Source of the DNA: Octopus sinensis
Taxonomy: Eukaryota
Assembly: GCF_006345805.1 (NCBI RefSeq)
Contig: NC_043002.1
Coordinates: 119,784,001 to 119,848,000, forward strand
Direction: 5' to 3'
DNA length: 64,000 bases
Part shown: in pieces, positions 13,063 to 25,202 of the stretch
How positions within the stretch are numbered: the stretch's first letter is position 1
Layout of the letters: every line of letters begins with the position of its first letter
The notes under the pieces: generated by a model
Told to the model about the DNA's origin: nothing
The model's input: the letters and a program-made list of their open reading frames with translations, nothing else
Databases searched by the model: none
Position numbers and translations under genes: made by a program

Positions 13063-13277
13063 AGAGGCACGCAGCTTAGTGGTTAGAGTGTTGGACTCAT
13101 GATCTTCAGATGTAGTTTCGATTCCTCGACCGGGCGACTCAAAACACTTTATTTCTCTGGCAATGAAGCTGGAAAAAATGAGCAATCCTACGACGGACAG
13201 GCGTTCCGTAGAGGTAGGGAATTTATCCATTGGAAACCAGGAAACCGGGCCTTATGAGCCGGCATGTCTCAAGAAGG
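13063..13277 (+). mobile_element. Diverged tRNA-derived SINE of another family
   Basis: Seen: head GGCACGCAGCTTAGTGGTTAGAGTG...GTTTCGATTCC with A/B-box-like motifs, followed by a non-tRNA body. Confidence 0.6.
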
Positions 13278-13773
13278 TAAACTTTACCTATATAGCCGGA
13301 TGTTTTGACCGGTCAACGCTGGGAGGCTTATAGCAGTACAAATGTGATTATGGAGTCACATAAACTGAATATCCATAAAGCCAAAACATTACAAACTGAA
13401 GTTTGAAGAAACCAAGAAAAAATTAGAAAGGAGAACTCCAAAGACTAAGTTCAAGAATAATACTTGTGCCGCGCGACAACGATTCTGCTAACAATCTATA
13501 AGGTAAGTAATGTACACACACACTGATAAGTGTGTGCGTGTGTGTGTGTATGTATGAATGCATGCATGTATGTATGAATGTGTTTATGTATGGTAATCCT
13601 AATATAACGGTCAAATAGAAACCCCTTTGCTGAAGAACTTATGCATTTTAAGTAAGGTGTGTAGGGGATTTACATAACTTTATCCAAATTTTATCGACAG
13701 TTTCATGTTACCTGAACATATCTTTGAATAAACAGTGAAATATTTCAAATGGTTTTACACACACACACACACA

Positions 13774-13804
<31 letters not shown>

Positions 13805-14447
13805 ACATACATACACACACACATGCGCACATACTCAAACATACAGGGTGAAGTGGAATAACGTTCCTTAGTTTACACCGGTATTAGTGGTCGGTGGTAA
13901 TGGTATCTACTTGTAGCTAATATATCAACATTTGTTGTTTCGTTATTATGAGGATTTTAAACAACTGCATAATGTCTGTTTTTTAACTGCACAATGTTTT
14001 TGCTGTTCAATAAGAGTGAATGTAAAGGTTTGGGGCTGAACCCAGTATGTATGTGTACCTCTGTGAGTTAAACGATAATATTGCATTCTTTATAATATAC
14101 AAATATAGAGAGAATCAAGCTTGATATAGCAGGTTTCAAATTTCATGTTAACGTATGAACTCAAAAACCCATTTAATAAGAAAAAGAATGTTTATAAAAG
14201 TATTGTCCTTGGCCACTTTAATGTGGCTGTCCTCTAAGAGACAACGATACTGCCAATTTAACCCCAGGAAGATTTATTCAGTGCGCTTCTCACACTCGAT
14301 GTTTATTGCAAGCGGGAAATAACTGCTGCCACCCTAGCTGCGAGATCACCAGACCACGTGGTTTTGATCTGTGTTGTTTCTCCTCGGTGGTGGGTACTCG
14401 TTCGGTAGGCATGGCCGCAGTTTAACTACTCTTGTCATATATAGAAA

Positions 14448-14853
14448 ACTAGCAGTATCGCCCGGCGTTGCTCGGGTTTGTAAGGGAAATAACTATATGA
14501 GCATTTTTAGAGATGTAAAGTATAATAGCCATCTCAATATGGCTAACCACAAAAGGGGGGGGGGGCGGCTGTTACTGTAGCTTTTTACGTTCTGAGATTT
14601 AATAATAAATTTTTAGAGAGTTACTTCCCTTATATATGCCAAAAATGCATTAAAAATGGGAAAAATTGATGGTGATTTTTTTTTTAATCGTAGACTCATC
14701 GTAGACGCGTGCTAATACCCAGAAGAGCTCCATATGAATCACGACTATAAGATACCCGGTTTTGGTTAAACTGCACCGCAAAATGTGGGAGTAGTTAGGA
14801 ATCTAAATCGTAGGAGACAGACAGCACACAACCTCACTTTTATATATAAAGAT
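14448..14853 (+). mobile_element. Non-autonomous Helentron/Helitron2-type element (HINE/DINE-1-like)
   Basis: Seen: starts ACTAGCAGTATCGCCCGGCGTTGCTCGGG (subterminal hairpin) and ends CACTTTTATATATAAAGAT. Second copy at 30388-30784. Class inferred from terminal architecture. Confidence 0.75.
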
Positions 14854-15326
14854 ATAGTGTCATACAAACACTAAGAAACTACTTTTTGGTTCGTACGCTG
14901 CTTCGATCGGGAAAAAAGATTTTCTTACTGACTAGAATATTTTATTATTAAGAACAATTTCTGGGAAGTACACATTTCAGATTTGTTTTAAAAAATAGGA
15001 CACAGTAGTTTTCAGATATACTTCAAATGGAACGCAACAGCATAATTTTAAATATTTCGTTCCTCTTCTGTTTAAAAATTCTCGATTGAAATATCTTACT
15101 CATCAAAATTTATTATCTGATTGGTCTAACAATATATCTAAACACATCTCTTGCCAATCGTATTTCTATATTCTTTTAATTCAAATGTATGCTACATCAC
15201 AATTTATATGGTGCTTCAAGCGGTATGTCCTCTATTTGAAAAGCGGCATTATCTTTGAGAATACACAAATACACACGACTATTACACACACACACATATA
15301 TAAATATATATATACATATATATATT

Positions 15327-15439
<113 letters not shown>

Positions 15440-15723
15440 CATACATACACACACATATACATGTACATACATACTCACACACACACACATATATATGTAT
15501 ATAGATAGATAGATTGATAGATAGATAGATAGACAGACAGACATATAGACAGACAGATAGACAGACAGAAACACATACATACGCAAAACACACGCACCTA
15601 TAAGTAAACATACATATAGGAGGAAATTCCAAATTTTTCTATTAAATGTGTTTTTCAACCAGTGTTTATATACTATTATTTATAATTTTATGTGTGCTTC
15701 GAGGCTCAATTCCAAAAACTAAA

Positions 15724-15782
<59 letters not shown>

Positions 15783-15783
<1 letters not shown>

Positions 15784-16500
15784 GTAAAGTATAATAGCTA
15801 TATCAATATGGCTAACCACAAAGGGTGGGTGTTACTGTAGCTTTTGGCCCCAGGAGATCATCGTCTCCAGCTGGCTTTAGGCACACTATCTGTGCCCTTA
15901 TGGTATTTGCAAAGAGAGGCCATCCCTTTCTCGTAAGCCTAAGTGATAAGTACGGACTGCAGTTTTGAGGTTGTTGCCTCTTGTCAACGGGCGGTAATCA
16001 CCAGATCACGATGAAAGGGAAAGCCTGTATGCAAATATATATGTGTTTTTCTAGTAAGTTCCGTCACTGATTTCGAAAAACTGTCTGCAAGCATTATTAA
16101 ATCTCTGAACGAGATGTAAACAGTAATCGCTCGATAATGTAAAGTATTCTAACCATCTCAATATGGCTAACCACAAAGGGTGGGTGTTACTGTAGCTTTG
16201 AGCCCCAGGAGATCATCGTCTCCAGCTGGCTTTAGGCACACTATCTGTGCCCTTAAGGTATTTCATCGTGATCCGGTGATTACCGCCCATTGACAAGAGG
16301 CAACAACCTCGAAACTGCAGTCCGTGCGTATCACTTAGGCTTACGAGAAATGGATGGCCTCCCTTTGCAAATACCATAAGGGCACAGATAGTGTGCCTAA
16401 AGCCAGTGGGCCAAAAGCTACAGTAACACCCACCCTTTGTGGTTAGCCATATTGAGATGGCTGTTATACTTTACATCTCGTTCAGAGATTTAATAATGCT
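15783..16500. repeat. Rearranged fold-back of a module also found inside the HINE at 14510-14620
   Basis: Seen: forward module 15783-16016, partial forward copy 16138-16260, inverted copy 16261-16500. Confidence 0.85.
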
Positions 16501-16931
16501 ATATATATATTTATCAAAAGGATGTGTTATAGCACTATTCCACTTATACAAAAAACACTCATACCAACAATCCAATATACCTCCATCATCAGCTGCCCCA
16601 CTGATATCATTATGGTTTCGACACCAGGGTAGTATCTTCCAATGCGGCAGTGGCAACAGCACTGAAAGAAGTGTTGTTTGGGGACAAACATACAAAAAAA
16701 AAAGATAGAAACAAGTTTTAAACACATTTACACTATGTACAGCAGTATTCAATGTAAATATAGACAGGACTAACTTTAAAATTAAACTACAAGAAGAAAC
16801 ACATAAATCTAAGTACATCTGTATCGGTATTAATAGTAAACCTTCAAGAACTATATTATATACTAAATAGCGACCAGTCTTTAAGTCCATACAAATAATG
16901 ATCCCACCAGTCTTGCATATATACATACAAG

Positions 16932-16964
<33 letters not shown>

Positions 16965-16966
<2 letters not shown>

Positions 16967-17732
16967 TGTAGCTGTGTATGAGCATGCATTGTCATGCAAC
17001 AACAAAACCTTCTTCGACAATAGGCTTTGGTGCTTGGTGCGAATTGCTGGCTTCATTTTGTTGGCCAGCAAAGCACTGTATCTTGCACTATTGATCGTAC
17101 ACCCCTTTTCCAGGTAGTCTTCCAGTATAGGCTCTTTTGGGTCCAAAAAAAAGGGTTAATATCACCTTACCCGCAGAAGACTGAGTCTTGAATTTCTTCG
17201 TCGTTGGCGATTCAGAATGTTTCTACTCCATACTCTGTCTCAAAATAATGGACCGACTTTTCATCTTTTGTGACTATTCCGCTCAAAAATTCCTCGCCCT
17301 TATTCTTGTAGCGATCGAGTAAACGGAAGACCTCAAAACGTTTGCTCTTGTGATCGAGCTTGCTGAATCTTCTCATTGGTGGTGGGCGTCTTGCTTGTCT
17401 GACCACTTTAAAATTTCTCGATCCACTCATATACACTTCTTCGCGGCAGTGCACAGTTGCCGTATTATGCTAAAAGCCACCGGTGAATTTCAGCATCTAA
17501 CACACCTTCCAACTAGAGAAATCAGATTACTGTTCTTTGTTCTTCTTTGGTGTATATTGCTAGTGGGGCGGCCATGCTTACACTGTAAAGCCACAAAGAA
17601 AAACGGCGCCATAAACTACGAGAAAGTGAACACATAAGTACCAACTATAAGTACGCATGTGGAGACGGCAGTGTGACAAGAAAAAAGATATGTTATGGCA
17701 AAAGTGCGGATAATTTTTGACTACCCTTCGTA
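16965..17732 (-). mobile_element. Mariner (Tc1/mariner) transposon remnant with 5' TIR
   Basis: Seen: TA+CGAAGGGTAGTCAAAAATTATCC terminus. Peptides GIVTKDEKSVHYFETE, YLEKGCTINSARYSALL and VLLLHDNA match mariner DD34D motifs. Frameshifted and 3'-truncated at a (CA)n tract. Confidence 0.88.
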
Positions 17733-18939
17733 CATATACATGTATGTATATATGCATGTACGTATGCATGTGTGTGTGTGTATAACAACTGAATACATAA
17801 CCGAGAGAGCTACAAATAGTTACATGCATTTATAATACCCTAACTAGGTTTGTTTATAAAACTAGTAGAAAGATCGCCCTCCAGGCGGTTTTCTGCTAGC
17901 CCCTTGATAATATTTTCACATTTGATTCCCAATTCTAATAACTTGTATATTTTACGTCTAATTATTTCTTTGTACAATAGTGCTCACTTGCTTAGTAAAT
18001 ATTGCTTTCATTATTTTATCAGTCATAATCTCTCTGTTTTAAACAAGCATCATGGTAGTCCAACAACAGAAGAAGAAACAACTTGTCAAGTTTTATCTTC
18101 CTCGCAAAGCAGCATAGAGATTTCAAATCAGCAGCCCAGCTGTAAGCTTTGCAGTGTGTGCGTGAGAGAGAGAGAGTGGGGAGGGAGAGAGAACATTGCA
18201 ACAATGAATGAAATAAACATGAAATGGAAATATATACTGCTTAGACGTTTTAGCTTCAGTGAATATAGGGATTTATGGGAAATAATCTTTCCGAGGCGGT
18301 GGGGAAAGGAGTTTTTGAAAATTCACACGATCTGACATTTCTCACTCATAAATTTCAGAAAATTGGGTGACTTTTAATGAAAATTTATACAAATCCCTTT
18401 CAATAGGCATAGATTACGATTATAAAGAAATTTGTGGGGAGAAATTTTCGTGGATTTTCCCCATTTTTATAAAACCACAGGCTTCGAAATGATGGGGTTG
18501 GTGGGGGTGCAACTTTATATGAAAATAGTTTTTAAAACTCATTTTTTACAACCCTCCTTCCCTCATCATCCCACTCCAGACCTATTTTGGCCAATTTTTG
18601 TCTGCTGATGATGTTTGCAAGCCATGGGAACAGTATTTTCGGTAAATAGAAATTGTTAATATTTTCAGAAGAAAAAGTGAGTGATTTAAGGGCGGTTTGG
18701 CTGTTGTTTCTAGCACATCCGAAGGCCACCCTCCTCGTTTCTTTATCACTCTCGCATGTATTGATGTTTTTCACCCCCCCCCCCATAAATACATTTATAT
18801 ACCATAAAAAAGAAATTTTGAGAAATTATGAGCTTTTGCAAGCCCCGATTGATTCTGTTTAGAAATTAAAATGTTTGAAAACCTGAGGAGGTCATTGCTG
18901 GCATTTATCTATCCTCTGTGATTTAAAAAGATTACGGAG

Positions 18940-19345
18940 ATGTACTTGCATAGCAAGTAACTTGATCTGAGATCGTGTGCTGAAACAAAAACAATTGCAG
19001 CATGGATGATGTTTGCAAGTCATTCAAGAACATATAAAAACAGTTAGTTTCTCTTCAACATTTAAATTTCATTTGCTAAACATTAATAATATTAACCATA
19101 CATTTCAGTATTTAAATATTATATTGATAATAATAAAATAATAAAAATATTTTCGTCGCTTTGAAACTGCGATCTGTTCACTGACAAAACTTCGTGCTGC
19201 ATCACTTTCGTGAAGTTTTGTCAGTGAACAGGTCGCGGTTTCAAAGGGACGAAAATATTTTGACACAAATTAATTTTAAATGTTGAAGAGAAACTGTTTT
19301 TGTGTGTTTTTGAAATACAAACATCTTCCACGCTGAAGTTATTGT
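18940..19345. mobile_element. Interspersed repeat in fold-back arrangement (forward copy plus inverted partial copy)
   Basis: Seen: AAAATATTTTCGTCGCTTTGAAACTGCGATCTGTTCACTGACAAAAC paired with its reverse complement at 19213-19262. Same family at 53060-53265. Confidence 0.75.
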
Positions 19346-19699
19346 TGATTCAAAGAAAGAGTTATGTAAATGATAATTCATTTTAATAATATACTTTTAA
19401 AAGAGAAACCTTAAAAGAGAAAGTGAGAGACTGCAAATCAAAGTGGAATACTCCGCAGTGAATGCAATGAATATTTAAATTTGCGAGAAATTGAAGTTTA
19501 AAAATTCACTAAACTTGAGAAGTCAAAATTATAGGAAATTTCTTAGAACATGAATTTATAAAAATATTTCCAGACGATCAACCATTTAATAATTGCTTAC
19601 TTTTAGTTGTTTTAGTAATTGTTATACACCTAATTAAGTAGCAGCTTTCTCCATTATGGTATATATTCAATGTATCTCCAAGTAATTTTTCAGGCTCTG

Positions 19700-19710
19700 T
19701 TTACGCGTTA

Positions 19711-19805
<95 letters not shown>

Positions 19806-19846
19806 ATATCTATCTATCTATCTATCTATCTGTCTGTCTGTCTATC
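19700..19846 (+). repeat. (TATC)n microsatellite, 5' flank of the Tx1-type insertion
   Basis: Seen directly. Confidence 0.97.
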
Positions 19847-20820
19847 TTCGAGACGACTTTTGGGCCAGGACCCATGGACAACTTCCAGAGATCCATGGCC
19901 TGGCAGTGCTACCGAGAAGCGCTACCCGTTCGGGATAAGCTCTACAGACACAGCTCGAGAAACACGGGGCCGACCTGCCCGAGATGCGGTCAGAGCCACG
20001 AAACCGTTCTGCACGCACTCGTGCAGTGTCCAACAATTTCCGTCCTGTGGGCTTATGTCGAACAACTGCTGTCACGTGTGGGACGAGTCGGTTTATCAGC
20101 TGAGTCTATCGTCAATATTGTCACGCCTCCTTCCTTCAAACGGGAAGGAAGAGCTATTTTCATCATCCTTGTGGCTATGGCGAAAGAATGTATCTGGTGG
20201 ACGCGTCTGAAAGGATTGGAGACAAACACTTTCATCTCTGGTCAATCTCTCATCAACTTCTTCAAGTACCACTTGAAAAGGAAAGTGAGAGTAGAGAGGC
20301 AAGTTTTGTGTAGCGAATGTTTTAAAAAAAGATGGGTGAATGTAGCAAGGATGGCACGTATGAATGACGAAGCCACCTTGAGCATAATCTTATGAACCCA
20401 GAAATTGAAAACAGAGGGTTACCCACTTGCAAACAAATGTGGTAACATATAACAATATTGACCAAGGTTACCGTGGTCTTTTTCGTAGGCTTTTCTTCCC
20501 ACGGATAAACCTTACTTGCTTCCCCTTTACACCATACATCATAACACTGTGATACACGATCCCTATTGATCGTTTTTTTTCCTCTTCCCCTTTTTTCTTC
20601 TTTTTTTTCATTTCTCTTTTCTTTTGTTCCTTTTCCTTTTTTTATTTTTTTATTTTATTTTTTGTTCTTTTTTCCCTTTTACGATCCCTTTTGCTCGAAA
20701 ACCTACGCCACCTTTTTTTTGTTTCTTTTGTTTTTTGTTTCTTTGTTTTTTTCATCCCCCAAAAGAAAAGCTCTACCTTGTAACTTGTCCCATCTGTGTG
20801 CAGCCCTGTGTGGCCAATAA
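19847..20820 (+). mobile_element. 5'-truncated Tx1/L1-clade non-LTR retrotransposon (ORF2 C-terminus plus 3' UTR)
   Basis: Seen: open frame ...[15 protein letters not shown]...CPRCGQSHETVLHALVQC...WWTR...* (zf-RVT-type CCHC knuckle). T-rich 3' UTR ends AATAAA and runs into (ATCT)n. Confidence 0.85.
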
Positions 20821-21079
20821 ATCTATCTATCTATCTGTCTGTCTCTCTATTCCCTGCTTGCCTGCCTACCTACCTACTTACCTACCTACCTACCTACCTA
20901 CCTACCTACTTACCTACCTACATACCTATCTACCTACCTACGTACCTACCTACCTACCTACCTACCTACCTACCAAACTATCTATCTATCTATCTATCTA
21001 TCTATTTATCTGTCTGTCTCTTTGTCTGGTTCCCTACCTACCTACCTACCTACCTACCTACCTATACCTACCTACCTAC

Positions 21080-21142
<63 letters not shown>
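20821..21142 (+). repeat. (ATCT)n/(CCTA)n compound microsatellite
   Basis: Seen directly. Confidence 0.95.
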
Positions 21143-21143
<1 letters not shown>

Positions 21144-21144
21144 A

Positions 21145-21640
21145 GAATGTTACTAACCTCTAGGAAGAAATTTCAGGAATTGTGTGTAGGCTTTAATAAA
21201 TGTGTAAGCGCTTTCAGTTCTCAACGTTATCAAGCACGTGTTATAACTGTATATATCGGAAGTTGTTTATGTAAAGGACTCCATTATTTCCGGTTTAGTT
21301 TCGCATTCAGAGACCATATGAAATATTCTTCTTTTGCCTTTCGAAGTAGGTCGCTTTCTTCATTTATCTTATGAAAGGAAAAAAATTGTGAATGTTCATT
21401 GTTCACACGTATCTACCTGATCGCTGCATGGTATGCTTATAAGTGAGAGATGTTTCATTTGGTGTCTATGCACATTTACACAGTTGGTTAATTTTGCTTT
21501 TGATTCTCCAGCATAGTTTTCATCGAATCGTGAGCATGTGATACAGTATATCAGATTTTTGGTTTTGCAGCTCATATTTTCATTTACCTTTAATTCCTTC
21601 CCATCTTTTACCCTTTCTCGCTGATCAGCGCACCCCCACA
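21145..21640 (-). mobile_element. Second PLE remnant: GIY-YIG C-terminus and 3' UTR
   Basis: Seen: NMSCKTKNLIYCITCSRFDENYAGESKAKLTNCVNVHRHQ, then FPFHKINEESDLLRKAKEEYFIWSLNAKLN*, paralleling the end of the 5.5-10.3 kb element. Confidence 0.8.
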
Positions 21641-21749
21641 CCTACACATCCTCCACACACACACATACATATATCAATTATGAATTAGAAGGAGCTTCAA
21701 GCATATAAACAATATCCTTGTCTACTCTAGGCACAAATCCTGAAATTTT

Positions 21750-22114
21750 GAGGGAGGTGGTGCAGTCGATTAGATCGACCCCAGTGCGTAACTGATACTT
21801 AATTTATCGACCCCGAAAGGATGAAAGGCAAAGTGGACCTTGTTGGAATTTGAACACAGAATGTAAAGACAGACGAAATACCTATTTCTTTATTACCCAC
21901 AAGAGTCTAAACACAGAGGGGACAAACAAGGACATGCATAGGTATTAAGTCGATTACATCGACCTCAGTGCGTAACTGGTACTTAATTTATCGACTCCGA
22001 AAGGATGAAAGGCAAAGTCGACCTCGGCGGAATTTGAACTCACGACGTAACGCAGACGAAATACCGCTTAGCATTTCGCCCGGCGTGCTAACGTTTCTGC
22101 CAGCTCGCCGCCTT
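21750..22114 (-). mobile_element. SINE family B (tRNA head, Meta/MESC-like domain): one full copy plus an adjacent partial copy
   Basis: Seen: reverse complement of AAGGCGGCGAGCTGGCAGAAACG...GTCGACTTTGCCTTTCATCCTTTCGG.GTCGATAAATTAAGTACC. Meta-domain assignment is from memory. Confidence 0.88.
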
Positions 22115-22213
22115 GGTATATAAACACTATCGAACACACATACTCAACGTATGTTTTGCTAGTTCGTGGGTAGGCTATGCTTACAGGTGCAACAACATAT
22201 ATTCTCATCAAAT

Positions 22214-22498
22214 ACCTGAAAATCATAGACAAGGGAGATTACTGTCCATTCGGGAGCGTTAAGCATCGATATTTCGTCCTTTTTATGACATGCCAATACT
22301 GCGGACCCAAAATGAGGCCCGATGTAAGCGTATATAGCAATTTTACTGTATATGCTTACATTGTATATATTTTATATATATATTGTATATCTTGCTTTAC
22401 GCGGTACTGACAAGTCACAAAAGTGACGAAACATCGCTGTGTATCGCTCCTGAATGGGACCAGATGCAAGTTATCTCCCTTGTCTATGACTTCCAGGT
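22214..22498. repeat. Imperfect ~90-bp inverted repeat element
   Basis: Seen: 22214-22301 aligns to the reverse complement of 22401-22498. Confidence 0.8.
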
Positions 22499-23112
22499 GC
22501 TTTAACTCCAGACCTATTGATGAGAATATATTTTCTTACACCTATAAGCTTATTTTAGAATAGTAAAATGAGATTTGATAGAATTCGGTTGCTATTTCTA
22601 GCAGTTCAATCGTATGTCTTAGCACTCCCGAATTAGTTTATAGATTGTTGTGGTAAATTCTTGTATAATGATTATGTGTCTTATGTCAAATCCCAACGCT
22701 TTGGCTTTGAGTTTCATTTTTCCAGGGTCAATAATTAATAGCAGTTGTATAATTAGGTCACTCCAATCGGCTATACCTCTCCATCAGATGTGTTATAATA
22801 CTCTGCACCCTGAAGCACGCCCTTGTTTGTAATCCTTTGCCTATTTCCCCTCAATACCTGGGAGATGTGCCTAAAAGGATCGCTTTGCTCTGTTTTCCAG
22901 ACATCAATTCCAGGAAATTTTCCTAGAAAATCTAAATGGCTTCTGCATTCTTATTCCTTACATACTCTAATCTTAAAACATATATGTTTCTTTATATGTT
23001 CTTAGACTACAGGGTGCAGGTTATTATGTTTAATTAAAGATTTTTGTCTTACATTACCTCTATTAACGTAACAAGTCAAATTACAAAACAGGCTTTCGAA
23101 AATATATATATA

Positions 23113-23535
23113 GGCGCAGGAGTGGCTGTGTGGTAAGTAGCTTGCTAACCAACCACATAGTTCCAGGTTCAGTCCCACTGCGTGGCATCTTGGGCGAGTG
23201 TCTTCTGCTATAGCCCCGGGCCGACCAATGCCTTGTGAGTGGATTTGGTAGACGGAAACTGAAAGAAGCCTGTCGCATATATGTATATTTATATATATAT
23301 GTGTGTGTGTATGTGTGTGTGTGTGTGTGTCTGTGTTTGTCCTCCCTAGCATTGCTTGACAACCGATCTGGTATGCTTACGTCCCCGTCATTTAGCGGTT
23401 CGGCAAAAAAGAGACCGATAGAATAAGTACTGGGCTTACAAAGAATAAGTCCCGGGGTCGATTTGCTCGACTAAAGGCGGTGCTCCAGCATGGCCGCAGT
23501 CAAATGACTGAAACAAGTAAAAGAGTAAAAGAGTA
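23113..23535 (+). mobile_element. SINE family A, full-length
   Basis: Seen: matches the family consensus. Confidence 0.92.
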
Positions 23536-23699
23536 TATGTTAAACATTTAGAGTTAATATTTGTAAGGAGCTAGTATAATTTTGTGACCCTCTTTTCAAT
23601 TTATGCTAAACTAAATCATTTTAAAATGCACAACGTATGTTTTGATGTTGATCTTAGATTAGGTATTCGTTGTGTATTTCCCATAATTTTGTATTTTCA

Positions 23700-24110
23700 A
23701 AATTTCTTTTCCATTAATGTATGCAACATATATTTGTAAATATATAGGCATAAACATTTCTCCATTAAGTTGAATCTTATATTCTGTCTTGTTATAAATT
23801 GTTTCTTGAGTTCTAGCAAGAAATCTTTGGTTTTGTGCCGTCGTCAGGAAATCTTCCGACTCAACTTTGACAGCTGCTCTTCTCAGCCAGTTCGGCAATA
23901 ATCATTATCGATTACTGCTTTTTTTCTTCTTTCTTTCTTTTTTTTTTTTTACTGACATGTTAAGGACTTTCTGTACTCACGTCTTACCAGAACATTTTCA
24001 ATTTATATCTTGATTGTTTTTCCTGAAATATCTTGAGTAGGTTTCGTATCGTCCATGTAGCGGATTTGACTCGGATTCTGTTTTATATTTGCTCGCAGAA
24101 AGCAGACGTT
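23700..24110 (-). mobile_element. Old Dong/R4-type LINE fragment (post-RT region)
   Basis: Seen: NPLHGRY and WLRRAAVKVESEDFLTTAQNQ resemble the PLHG.Y and WL...LK.ETEG.+.AAQDQ motifs of R4-clade elements. Confidence 0.55.
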
Positions 24111-24165
24111 CGTTTCTTGTTTTGTAGCAAATAGCATTACTTCCCACTTATTATTTAGAAGCTAT

Positions 24166-24787
24166 AAGGCGGTCAGCTGGCAGTTTGGTTAACACGCCGG
24201 AGAAAATGCATTGTGTTTTCACGTTCTGAGTCCAAATTCCGCTGAGGTCGACTTTGCCTTTCTTCCTTAGAGGTCAATGAAATAAGTAACATTTGAGCTC
24301 TGGGGTCGCTGTCATTGACTAGCTTCTTCCCATCAAAAGTCTCAGGCCAGTGCGAATAGAACATTATTTACAGCTTTATATATATTGCTATAATTCTCTG
24401 TCAATGCCATTGCTGCATATAGAACCAATCCCACCCACCGTGTCTCCCTCCTGGGCTATAAAACTTTCTTTGAATGGTTTCTATAGCAAGCGAGTTTTAT
24501 GAAAAAATCACGGTTTGGGACCAGCTGGTATTCACAAATGTATTCTTTAAGGCGGCGAGCTGGCAGAAACGTTAGCACGCCGGGCGAAATGCTTAGCGGT
24601 ATTTCGTCTGCGTTACGTTGTGAGTTCAAATTCCGCCGAGGTCGACTTTGCCTTTCATCCTTTCGGGGTCGATAAATTAAGTACCAGTTACGCACTGGGG
24701 TCGATGTAATCGACTTAATACCTATGTCTGTCCTTGTTTGTCCCCTCTGTGTTTAGCCCCTTGTGGGTAATAAAGAAATGGGTATTC
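24166..24787 (+). mobile_element. SINE family B: diverged copy (24166-24345) and full copy (24549-24787)
   Basis: Seen: match to family B. Confidence 0.85.
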
Positions 24788-24814
24788 TCAAAGGTTACAA
24801 TAATAGCGAGTGGA

Positions 24815-25060
24815 ATAGAAGAGAGAGAGAGAAGGAGAGAGAGAATGGAAGAAGAGCGAGAGAGAAGGAGAGAGAGAATGGAAGAAGAGAGAGAGAGAAG
24901 GAGAGAGAGAATGGAAGAAGAGAGAGAGAGAAGGAGAGAGAGAATGGAAGAAGAGAGAGAGAGAAGGAGAGAGAGAATGGAAGAAGAGAGAGAGGAAGAA
25001 GAGAGAAGAAGGGAAGGAGAGGAAGAAGAGAGAGAGAGATTGAAAGAAGAGAGTGGAGGA
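24815..25060 (+). repeat. 33-bp purine minisatellite (about 5 units) with GA-rich tail
   Basis: Seen: unit GAAGAAGAGAGAGAGAGAAGGAGAGAGAGAATG. Confidence 0.92.
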
Positions 25061-25202
25061 AGAAAGCGAGAGTAGGAATTTTATCGACCATGTAAGGACG
25101 AAAGGATAAGTTGATCTTAGCTGGATTTGAACTCATTACTTAATGAACTGGATAGCGGATTCCAGATAGCACTCACTTTTCGTTCCCTCCTTCCTCCTAC
25201 AG

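Noticed and set aside
13440-13510. Strong plus-strand donor AAG|GTAAGT at 13503
   Set aside because: All three frames stop within about 50 nt upstream.
16527-16727. Exon-like minus-strand segment (CCCHCRIGRYYPGV... or LPHWKILPWCRNHND...)
   Set aside because: Two alternative open frames, ambiguous donors and no recognisable homology.
18022-18140. Exon-like segment HNLSVLNKHHGSPTTEEETTCQV... with good splice signals
   Set aside because: No recognisable homology, and its phase-1 end does not join the phase-2 start at 25203.
22640-22990. Faint RT motif-B-like peptide (QLYN*VTPIGYTSPSDVL)
   Set aside because: Too degenerate to call; possibly an ancient PLE RT.
24734-25095. Coiled-coil-like EEERERRRERM repeat protein
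   Set aside because: A 33-bp purine minisatellite, open in several frames on both strands.
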